From Trichoplax sp. H2 (Eukaryota), in the NCBI GenBank assembly GCA_003344405.1, contig NOWV01000022.1:124001-188000 (forward strand): DNA of 64,000 nt. Direction: 5' to 3'. The translations under genes and the position numbers were made by a program. Positions 30,601 to 42,322 of the stretch are shown piece by piece (within the stretch, counting starts at the first letter, position 1; every line of letters begins with the position of its first letter). The notes beneath the pieces were generated by a model. That model made no database searches and was not told where the DNA came from. It was given only the letters and a program-made list of their open reading frames with translations.

Positions 30601-33600
30601 ATCCCTTTTTCGACGCTTATATTCGTGAAACCATCTATTTAACTTCTTTTTCGAAGACAGTAAAAGACATTTTCCTTTGTAAGACGTTAGAAATGTTAAA
30701 GTCTAAGAAATAAAGATGTATAGAAAATTAGTATGTGTTTTTTGTTATTAAATTATATAATATCGTATTTGCGGATTAGTACAATATACCGGCAAGTATC
30801 TTCCCAATTCTTCTGGATAAATAAAGACACAACCTTGTTTCTTGTAAACGCAAGCATGGTATATGTCGATAACACATTCAGCTTGATAGCGACATAATTG
30901 AGTGGCTAAATTGGTTGGTATTGTATTCTCATCTGATAAGATAATATTCGTAACATTATCTGAACTGTCATACAGCACCTTACTGGAAGCTTTCCGATCT
31001 AAATCCCTCTGTCGCCTTATAATTTGATTATCATGAAATTTATGGGCACTTTCAACTATCTTGTCCATTTGATCTACTGATTTAGCTCTTGAATCTGTCC
31101 TTTTACGTTTTCTAGTCGTGTTATCTATTGGCTTACATGGTGAGGAATTACGTCTGTGTACGATCTTTCCACCATTACCAGATGCAGTGACTGATGTTGA
31201 TTGATTCTTCGTATCACTTTGGATCGGAGTAAATGATGATTTGAATTTAAGATCAGATTTTACTGAGTTAATAGTAGGAGATAAGGATAACGAAAGTGGA
31301 GACTTGTTATTGGAAGGATTAATTTTGTTAGACTTTGATGCGGGCTGTTCCATCACAGGTAGGGTCATATTTGATATGTTACTTTCCTTATTTAAACCTT
31401 GTAATGATGGCATTTTGTTTTTTAATGAAGCCTCATGATAGGACCCTTTAGGTATTGTTTTATTCCGAGTATCGAAGATTGGATTATCAGTAAATATCGC
31501 TGAGGAGCCTGCGCCAGAGATATTACTTCTCTGATTTATATCTTGAGATTTTGATTGTTGTTGCGACGGCTTATTGCCAAATGATCCATTTGATGGAAAT
31601 AATATGGAACCATTGGATAACAAATCATCATTGTCAAGTATAGTAAATAAGCTTATATTAGAAGTACTGTTGCCTTCATTTTTACATTGTGATTGCATTT
31701 GTTCAATTACCGATGAACCACTACTCGGCTTAAATTTGCAGCTAATGGAAATCTCGTTCGATCTAATTACTTCGGGATCGCTATAACATAAAGCTGTGTT
31801 GGTTTGTATTCGCTTAGAAGAGGGCAACATCGATTTCTCTGTGGTGTGAGAACTTTCTAATAGCTCTCTGTGATATAATGTGAAACGTTCGTCATAATTA
31901 TCATCGTCATCATCGTTGCTTTCATCAAATATAATTGACGAATCATCATACTTTTCGCCTAATTTCTTTCTGTGTTTTTTGCAAATATGGTACCTGTGAT
32001 AAATATCCAGATGGTCTTTTGAACTATTATTTCGTTTCGTTAGATATTGTCTTAATTCCTATATTGCCATGTAATTATATTCAGGAATATGTTCCGTTAT
32101 TGACCAGAAAACGAAATAAAATCGGGTAACTCTATCCTTATTGTTACTCACATTGTATTCAGACAAAAACGACTGTTTTTCTGTACCATTATCTATATCT
32201 TGCAATTTTTCTGTACTATTATCTATATCTTGCAATTCGTCCTAAAGGTGTCGAAATTTTTATCCTATGTTAGTAATTAGAGCACAGAAAAGCCAATAAG
32301 TCTGATACTGACCATAACAAAGTCTGAAGTTCTATAAATATCTTGATCTTGACTAGTCAATTTTTGCATAATAATGTTATTATTGATTTCATCGCAGACA
32401 ACTCCTATTGACACAATTCATATCCGAAAGTTAATTTATAAAATGCGTTCTTCTGTTTTTGTGATAATTATAGTAGGATCGCGAATTGTACCTCGGTAAA
32501 TCAATTCCTTGATGTATGATTCATCCAGTTTAGTTTTTGATAACTGATCCCAAATACTTTTACCGAGTTGTAACAAGAAATTTCGATGTTCACAAACATT
32601 CACCGTTGAAAGGTCTTTAATTTCAAGATACCAGGCGTACAAGAGAAGAAGCACAACCTAAATTTTCAACAAAAAAAATGAGATTTGTACTCCGTTAGAT
32701 ATGCCATCTACAGTATAATTGTAGAAGTCTAATTAAAACAGTGACTTGCTATAATAAGTACATCAGACTAATAGTAATTGCGATTTTTTAAATCAATCTA
32801 ATTTCTGAAGTGATTAAAATATTCCAATTTATAAATTTAAAGTAAAATAGTGTACATAATATATCGACTAGATTACTAGTAGTTATAAATAGACTACACA
32901 GTCGTTGTCACTTAAGCAGATACTAACTTTAGCAATTTCCAACTCGTCATTTTCTAAGTTTGACAATTTTATCACCCCTTCGAAAGATTGGTAAGTGAGA
33001 TCTGTAAAAAAAGTAATATAGCTTCATTTTTAATTATGTAAGCTTTTAGCAGTATAATTTGTGTAGTTATGATAACGTATCATTTAAGGTTATAAATATC
33101 GTGATTACCATATGATTAGAATTAATTTTATAATATCTACAAATACTATCGTAGTGTAAGTTGGCGCTAAAACTTTTATTTTTTCTGATAGTAAAATTTG
33201 TGGTGGGTACAGAAATCAGTTATCAAAGGACGTGGTATATAGACAGGTAAATATCTTTCTTGAGCTGACTACATAGACAGTAATAATAAGCTAGCGATTA
33301 CCTTTAAGCGTTATAGAATCGACCAGCGATACTATCATTTAGTAGCAAATAAATTTTGATTCAACAAAACTCTATATTATCAAACTAATCTACGGTGATG
33401 TTCTTTGTTGCATTTGAAAAGCATGAAGAGTTAAACAAGAATATTTACGGGCCTGTATTCTACTTGTGTACCTTCGAGATAATCTATAATTCTAGTAAAT
33501 CGTGATCGAACCGGTAATTTTACTAACGATGCATAGTCTAGTCCATCCTCTTCTTCGCTATCACTATGACGAACATTAAAGAAGTGAAATTACGATTAAA

Positions 33601-33870
33601 AAAGATTGACCTTTAAGCCATGTTACCAATGTATGATCTGATATGTGAACTGTAGTATTAATAAGCGTTGATTAATTAAATTTGTAAATGTGACTTTAAG
33701 GAAATATGGATGAATTTATTTCATAAACAATTATAAAAAAAATATTAATTAAAAATATATGTTGATATATTTCTTACTGTAAAAGTTTTTCAGCTACGAA
33801 ACATAATCGCTCGCTATTGGCAAATTGACGAAACGACGTAACTCGATCTTCATGATGGTAAGTGTTGACC
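27630..33870 (-). CDS. SNF2-family (ERCC6L2/Rad26-like) protein with degenerate ATPase motifs and a long Ser/Asn-rich segment; gene ends uncertain
   Basis: Ordered motif remnants: LCRYQAECV...GCVFIYPEELGRY (Q/I), LVICDDDF (II), RVFLADIY (III), KIEHVVFLRLNDEQTQLY, CSKYLILDCL...EKIVVV (IV), INLTEVDRIVFWD (V), KAYASKRSKILKVTRLI and TAEEKLFFER (VI region). Confidence 0.55.
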
Positions 33871-35737
33871 TTTAGGAAATAAAAGTACTCGTAAAGAGGC
33901 AATATTATTAATAAATGTAATTGTTCTTATTTGAAAATAATATAAAAACAGCACAGGGGCAATAGATTAAATCGTAATGTGAATATCCCTTAACTAAAGG
34001 TGTCATTAATTTTTGAATTATAATCATAATAGTAATTATGATTTCTTGGAAAGTACGCAAAGGTATAGATTTACCTTACGTGCGTTTAGAAAAGCTGGTA
34101 ATGATAATGGGTTTATGATCCAAATATTACAGTAGGACAATTATTCCATGCAACATGAACATTTTCGGCTTAACAATGTCTTCGGATACAAATGTATACC
34201 ATAGTATAGTAAATAGCGTTTTTGTCATAATCGACTCTTTGCTACATTCGACTGCGTACTAGTATGTTAATGATGGAAAAGGCATGTAATACCGCAATAA
34301 ATAAGTCCTATTTTTTACAGTAGATCTTGTGGCAGTACCTCAATTCATCTACGTATTAACCATACTACTATATTAGGTATCGTGTGTAAAATACTGTGCA
34401 TTAAAAAGGCTTGGTATTGATACCGTGTAAATTATACAGTATGTTCTACTGCTGTCCTTACGCGTATGTGTCATATCTTGCCAAGAACAATAATTATTAT
34501 TATTACATTATTAGTCATTTCTGCTATCAATTAATGATAGGCAATTATGCGAATTATGTTATAGGAGTGCCTGAATTCAACATCTAATTAGCCATACTTA
34601 CAGTATAACACTGCATAGCAAATTGAGAAAATTTCTAGGTTTCCTGTGTTTTCTAAGCTAATTCAAGCAAAACATAGCCGATAAAGTATAGAAAACATTT
34701 TTACTGTGGCACGGTGATTATAATGTGAGAGACGGCACAAATTAAGTTTATTATCCAGGTAAACCTTTAGACTTGAAGTAGGTTGATCACAAGATGATAG
34801 ACTTGAAAGCTTGATACAAAATCGGTATCATATATACTGTATAGGCATTGCATATATACGATATATATAATATATACAGTATAAATGGCGCGATTGGATA
34901 CATTGCCTACAATACTCGCGCCAGTATCACTCTAACCAGGGCATGATGGTAGCTGGAAATGACGAGAACTGCTTACGAGTAGAACACTGTCATCATTAAT
35001 TATTATCATTGAGTAGAGAGCGCACGTAGACTGATTTGTCCATACCGACAGATGTGCATGCTTATAGGCGGGAATTTCCCTACAAACATTACACGTAGGG
35101 CATGGGAACCCTTACTAAGGCAGTAAAAGAAGAAAGTGGACACTTTCCAATAACTTCTTGCTATCGATTTGGATATTATTTGACAGTCGTAGCAAGAGAA
35201 TATAGTCATGTTTAGCTTTGGCATCAAAAACTTGCGTCTGTCCAGGACAGGACATCTGCATTATGGCATCTATGGTACAGCTCTTGATGCAATAGCCCTT
35301 GATTAAGTTATTATGATTATTATTTTAAGAAGAAAGTGGCGTTTGGTAAATTTGTCGTTCTTGCTCGTTGACAATTCATTAATCTGTATGCTAATGAAAT
35401 AGTAAATGAATATTTTATATTGGAAAGAAGGAAACTTACCCACTTGAGTAAATGCTTCTTCACTTGATGGTTCATACCTCCTTGAGTAAGTTAATCTTGA
35501 ATGAAAAATGAAGCGTCAAGAAATACTAGGGTGATTTTTGTCATGAATTCTTCACTTCTTTTTGCATGTATTGATCAATCATAAGCATACTCAATCGTCA
35601 TAAGATCTACAGGTTGGAATCGCTGATTGTCCTCTCCAATTTCTTTTATTCAGGACATCATGTCAATCTTTGTCCTGTATTATTTGATTGTTCAGAAACT
35701 GGACTGTCTTTGGTATTGACTGGTAGAAATTTGCAGA

Positions 35738-36490
35738 TTATTTCTGGATAATACCGTGCTTGCTCAAGCTGTATATCAAGGAGTTCTCTTGTAAGGTGCA
35801 TTGATAGCAGCATATATATCTGATATTTATTCCACTAGGTGTGGTGAAAAAGCATACAGGCATTACAGGGGCATGCCTTCCACATTAACTTGGCTGCTGT
35901 AACCATGGAGAAGTTTCTTACCTCACTAAATTGACTGACCATTAGACCTGAGTGACCATGCAGTATTGAGTAATTGTGCTGTAGTCTACAGTACAGTACT
36001 GTATGCTCTACAGTCTACAGTGTTTTTACTGTTACAGTACTGTACTGTACTGTAGTTCATGCACGCAATGCACGGTGTGGTTGGTGCATAGACTGCAGTT
36101 TAATCCTCTATTATTTCTAGACAACACTGTGTTAGCTCAAGGTGGATATCAAGGAGTTCTCTTGCAAGGTGCATTGATAGCAGCAGCATATACTGCATAT
36201 CTGCTATTAGTACCTATTACTACACTACGTAAAAAAGGAAAGAGCATACAGGGGTATGCCATACACGTTAACTTGGCTACGCTGTAACCATGGAGAGGTT
36301 TCTTACCTCTTACCATACTGTTCAGTATTGCGTAGTCTATGCGTTATAGTCTACAGTACAGTATGATCCACAGGGCTTTTCCTGTCCTGTTACAGTACTG
36401 TACGCGTATTAATGTACTGTACTGTACAGTGTACAGTACTGTCGCTCTTGTAGTTGTGCATTAAATGTGCATGGACTGCAGTTTCATCTT
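35738..36490. repeat. Two diverged ~370-bp direct repeat units in the intergenic region
   Basis: GCTCAAG..TATCAAGGAGTTCTCTTG.AAGGTGCATTGATAGCAGCA and TTAACTTGGCT...GCTGTAACCATGGAGA recur at about 35760/36135 and 35886/36268. Confidence 0.8.
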
Positions 36491-36556
36491 CCTGAGTGCT
36501 AAAAGAAATTCTTTTAGGATCTCTATTGAAGCTTTATAACTGAGATGAGCCATGGA

Positions 36557-36915
36557 CTACTACTGTAGAAAAAGGCCTTGCTCTAGTAGTCCAGGTAGAG
36601 TACTGTATAGTACAGTTTTACAGTACGTACAGTACAGTACAGTATTGTAGTCCAGATAGCGTACCGTACTGTACACTGTACAGTACAGTATCTGTGACGT
36701 CATTCGCGTTGAAGCCTACAGTACTGTACAGTACAGTGTACAGTGTACAATACAGTAAAATGTTCGTACTTACTACTGTAGAAAAAGGCCTTGCCTACAG
36801 TACAGTACAGTACAGTACAGTACTGTAGTACTGTAGTAGTCCAGATAGAGTACAGTACAGTACAGTACAGTACAGTACAGTATCTGTGACGTCATTCACT
36901 TTGAAGCCTACAGTA
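36557..36915. promoter_or_regulatory. Duplicated module with (TACAG)n arrays and two perfect CRE palindromes (TGACGTCA at 36695 and 36887) upstream of caspase A
   Basis: Two copies of TACTACTGTAGAAAAAGGCCTTGC...(TACAG)n TATCTGTGACGTCATTC...TTGAAGCCTACAGTAC. Perfect (TACAG)6 at 36851-36880. Confidence 0.6.
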
Positions 36916-37143
36916 CACGCACGACTAAAGCAAAATGTAGCTCAAAAAAGCCTGTCTCTGAGAGTCACAACCATAGAGTAAAATGAAACAATTCCTTCCT
37001 TTTAACTCTATATTCACTAGTATGGTTTCAAACCAAGCCTTGAGCAGTGGGGCCTCGCTAGTTTCCCCTATATTGAGCAGGCGTAGAACAGGTTCAACAG
37101 GCAGCATCGTTTTGGCATTCTGACTGATCTCAACGCAATAAAA

Positions 37144-40100
37144 ATGGCTACGGTTGTAGGCCTAGCGAGAGAGGATCGCGATTTACTCCAGCATAATTAC
37201 AATAATCTACTCAGCAACTTGCAGGCAAAAATTGATTTTGTCATTACTATTGCGTATACTAAGAAGTTAATCGATGGATACGATAAAACTACTATTGAAG
37301 GAGAAAGTGATGCTTACAAGTAAGTACAGTACCATACTGTAGGTCATGATAAGCATAACATGAAACTGGATAGGATCGATGATGTTGAACGTAGTCATGT
37401 AGTTTTACACTGTTGCTATCTTGTTCAAATCTTGTGTTTCTCTCACTCTCTCTTCTCTTGTTACTGTCAAATGAATCAGCAAAAATACCGTATTAATACT
37501 GTACGTTGGTTATAGTGGTCTACTTTTTACTTTCTATTCGATAAAAGTCTTTGAACTGGATCGACGGTAGTGTGAACGCTGTATTGATTATTTGCAACTT
37601 TATTGTCATTTTTAGTCAGTTTCCGTAGCGTTCAATAACACATACTGTAGCTGACATGCTTGATATTGACACTTAATTTTGAAATAAACATCCATTTTCA
37701 ACTTAATATTTTGGGAAATTTCTCAACATACTATACAGTACTTTATTGCACTGTGCTGTAAAAGCAATAACTCTACTACGGTACTGTACAGTACATTAAT
37801 CTACACAACAGTACGACAGTATATTGAAATTGATCAAACTCGTTTACTTTCTATTTTGGTATGTGAACGTACATCAACAGTTATTCTTATTTAGGTAAGT
37901 ATTAAAGCAGGATAAAAAACATGAAAGACAGTACAGTACATGCTTTTTTTTTAGCAGTACACCAGTAATACTGCCGCACTGTGCCTCGTACGTTAGTTTT
38001 AGTTTTTTTTTGATACAAATGTACAATCTTACGCAATAGCTATTACTGATGCCGTATTGCTAACATCAGTCTGTAAAAGTAGACATACTCGTACGTATTC
38101 GAAGAAGAAAGGTAATAACAGCATCAATCTTCATCAACGCACTGTATCTCATACGATAGTTTTATCATCTTACAATACAGCTCAAACTGATACATTAGTC
38201 TGCAAAAGTAGATATACAGTAAATATTTGGACAAGCAAAGGGAAAAATGACATCGATGCTTATCAACACAGTACTATGTAATAATACCCTACTGAACTAC
38301 CTTACTGGATCTCATAGCTTACCTTTATGATACAGATTGATAATCTTACGATACAACTATTACTTATACTACTAAGATCAATCTGGAAGAAATAGCCATT
38401 CAACTTGAAGACTAGCTGTTCGATTTTTGAAGTTGAATAATAAGAATACAGTAGTATATCTAGGTGTCTAAACAGTATAGTACAGTGCAGATACGTCAAA
38501 ATATTACGAGTGAGATGTTATACTTGTTCTGCCAGAAAAAGTAAAGACTGGGCTAATGTCTATCAATACGGTATCGCACTGTAGACTCGTATGTTAGTTT
38601 GATCATACAGATTGATAATTAATCTTACGATGCGGCTACTACTTACTGTGCTCTGCTAAGATAACTCCGGAACAAGTAGACATACACGCACTTGTTCTAA
38701 GAGGAAAAAGTTTAAACTACATCAACGGTGATCAACCCTATTTTAGAAAAACGCGTAAATTCTTGGATATCGTACCTTCTCGCGGATCGAAAGCTTTAGA
38801 ATTACTATTGGAAGTAATTGATGAAACGGTAAACCCAGCTGTCAGCAAGGATATACGAGACCAGAGGAAGGCTAAACAACAGTCGCTTAAGCCAGGTAAA
38901 CAGCAGTTAGACAATTTTAATGGTATAAAAATGCATCTAATTACTTTATTCCTCTGATTTTGTAAACAAGTGAGAAGATTACAAAATTTAAGGCGATATC
39001 ATGAATAAATAATTTGTAGGCTTACCTACTACAGTATACTACCTATAGCAACACATAGATACGAATACCATCCATTAACAGGAAAGATGGCAGTATTATA
39101 CTATAAAGTATAGTACAGTACAGTACAGGACATACCTCAGTACAATCAAAATCGACCTACCCCGTTTCTCACAATAGCAAAATATTGATATTAGACAATA
39201 AATATATCGACTATATTATTAGTTTCTAATTTTAAATATTGTCTCATTTTAACCTAACTAATGTAAATGAGGTATTATTATCTTGTTACATATTGCAGCA
39301 AATCGTAAAGTGACTCCGAGATCAACAAATGAATCAGATTCTTCTACAGTTTCTACAGCTGAAAGCGAACAAACTTCAACCATGGAAATAGGTATGAAAA
39401 TAGCTACTATGCTGTGAGTTCATTGTAGATTATTGTAAACTGTATAAACTGTAGATTGGCAGGTATATAACGTAGAGCATAAGAGAAATCTTATCACAGC
39501 GATCTATGCGTTATTTTGTGTCACTAGTTAAAATTTTAACAAATATTGATTCAACTCTACTACTACATTTATAGAAATTACTATAATATTAATACGTATC
39601 CAATTTCGAAATCGTCCTTGATTGGTGTTATTGGAGATCATTTTGGGGCATTTCAAACTAAAGTATTCAATTCTGTAAATTACTATTGCATTTCTAGTTG
39701 ATCCTGAAAGTGGCGGTGGTACGATATCACTGTATGATGATTTTGATTCTGCACCGATAAGAAGAAGTCCTATTCTTAGTGAACAATATTTGTATAAGAT
39801 GGAAAATAAGCCGCATGGCTATGCTTTGATTATCAATAATAGGTTAATGATCTACGGTGATACGTTAGGTGTCGTATTTTTTGTATTTATAAACTATCAA
39901 TCATTAACCGTATACAATTTTATCTCTTTATCTTGTTAATAACTAGAAAATTCATTGGGATGCCTGAACGTAAAGGTAGCGATAGAGACGCTGAAGGTAT
40001 GCAAACTCTATTGGTAAAACTAGGCTACAAAGTAGCAATGGGCAACGATTTGAGTGCAGCTACAATGAAAGATGTATTACAACGATGGGCCGCCAAGGAT

Positions 40101-40682
40101 CATAGTGCTTGTGATAGCTTCGTATGCGTGTTATTAAGCCATGGCGAGCAAGGTAAAATATTTGGCACTGATACCGACGTGGATATCGAAGAATTACTTG
40201 GACTGTTTAGAGGTAATCGTTGCGCTTCACTGGCTGGAAAGCCAAAGTTATTTTTTATTCAAGCTTGTCGTGGTACAAACTTTGATGAAGCTGTCGATCA
40301 CGTTGACGGCGTTCCTGATGAATCAGCACTAAATGCAGAAGGTTATGAGGATGAAGTTGATGCTAAAACTCGACAAACATTACCATCTGAAGCAGATTTT
40401 TTAATTGCCTATTCGGTTGTTCCAGGTTATTATTCTTGGAGAAATTCTACAAATGGCTCTTGGTTTATGCAAGCAGTTATTGACATTTTTACTAAATATT
40501 ATAAGCAACTGGATCTTATAACAATGTTAACTATTGTTAATAATTCAGTTGCAACGGTCGAATCTGCAACAAGTGATCCGAGATTCAATAATAAAAAGCA
40601 GATCCCTAGCTGTGTTAACATGCTACGTAAGCTAGTCTACTTTAATTCAGAAGCAGTCAAAAATCACGGTATTTTTGGTTAA
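37144..40682 (+). CDS. Caspase A: N-terminal CARD-like prodomain plus caspase-3/7-like catalytic domain (exons 37144-37319, 38747-38895, 39299-39391, 39698-39842, 39947-40682)
   Basis: CARD-like MATVVGLAREDRDLLQHNYNNLLSNL...KTRKFLDIVPSRGSKALELLLEVI; catalytic motifs LSHG, KPKLFFIQACRG, YSWRN and GSWF. All splice phases are compatible. Confidence 0.88.
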
Positions 40683-42322
40683 GTACAAACTGTTAACCTA
40701 GAGAATAACTATAGAAGATTGTGATTCTATACTTTTATTCGATGTACTACATTTACACGAATCCTTGACTAGTACTGTAGAACTATAACCTTAAAACAGT
40801 ATCCCTTTTTACTAGCAGTATCTGTGATTATAATCGGAAATTTTTATCTATTGTTATGTAATCTTTGTAATGCGTTAGACTAACATTTTCTATTAAGCTT
40901 TTAATATCTATCTTCAACGTAAATATTGGAATTATGTTTGTAAGTTCATTTCACGGTTGTACTGAAAGAAATGTTTTTATGCAGCGGCAATCTAAACTAC
41001 TGTTTATTTGGCTTACATCTATAAACCCGGCCGATGACTTATAGATAGTTCCTCACTTACCCATTTCTGATGAAACCGTTTTAATAAAGTATACCTCCAT
41101 GGCGAGGTATACGCGTACAGTAGTTGGACAATATACGAATATACGTTAAGCATAATATTAGATATTGAACCCGGTATATTAACTTTAATAATTTTTAACA
41201 ACTTCCTAAACTTAAACGTTTAAACCTCCTTATCGTTAATCATTAGAATGTTGTCATTAAGTAATTCCTATTGGAATTCCAAAATCGTTCAATAATTGCA
41301 GTAATTATGCCAATTATTTAGACTATCGACTAATAAAGTTTTACAAATCTAATTTTAAATTCATTATTAGTTTTCTAGATACATTGAAGCTATCAATTCT
41401 GTAGATTATGTTTCTATAGTTCAATTGAAGATACTCTTTCTCTTTTAACTTAAATGTCTAAATCTTTGGTCAAGTGTCTATAATCTTTGCAGTTTATCAC
41501 AAATTTATATGAGTTAAAAGATCGTGTAATAAAGTATGAACTATGGATTATAATAATTATTGAGATTTGTCAACTAATAAAGCCTACTGTTAGGCATAAA
41601 CGCAGTGCATTGATTGTTATTATTCTAGCTCGTCTACGTAAACGTAAATTCTGTTTGATGACGCTACCTTACGTTACTATGCATTCCTTGAAATACTCTA
41701 AAGACTGTCACCTTCCTACTACTTTATATTGCTACCATTGATAAATTGACAAATAAAAGCGCTGTACTACAAGATTAGCAGATTTGAAGCACGTCTACAT
41801 AGGACAGATTTGGATGATATTGTGGTTTAAGCACAAGGCCGTTGACCATATATTGTGTGAGAAGAAACAGTAGTTCAGCGCAAAAGAAAGAAAGAGTTAT
41901 TAAAGTTTTATGAAATTTTATTGCGGTATTTCATTCTCTGTTTAATTAAAAATCCTCTTTATTCAAAGAAATATTATAAAAATAGAAGAGGTAAAAATTC
42001 TTTAATGCAGTATGTTAATGCATGTAGTAATTATCATTCTGGAAATTGATTTTAGATCCTTAGCTAAGATAGTACGATAACTATAAATCTGAAATGATGT
42101 TAAAGGTAAAAACTTTAATTTAAGTTGTAGGCCAGCTCGTCTTCTATATAGGAATGAATGTTCATTGTAATACAATACGAGTCCAGTAAAGTATATTAAA
42201 ACACTCCAACTTACAAACTTTTAATTTACGTTGGACGTCAGTTCGTTTCTATGTGAACGAATTTTTACTCCACTATTCAAGCAAATAGTAATCTTCTTTT
42301 ACTATTATCATTTGTGAATACG

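Noticed and set aside
41487..41741. 84-aa ORF 'conserved' at 48922-49176
   Set aside because: The similarity is explained by the recent segmental duplication; it has a non-ATG start and no recognisable protein features.
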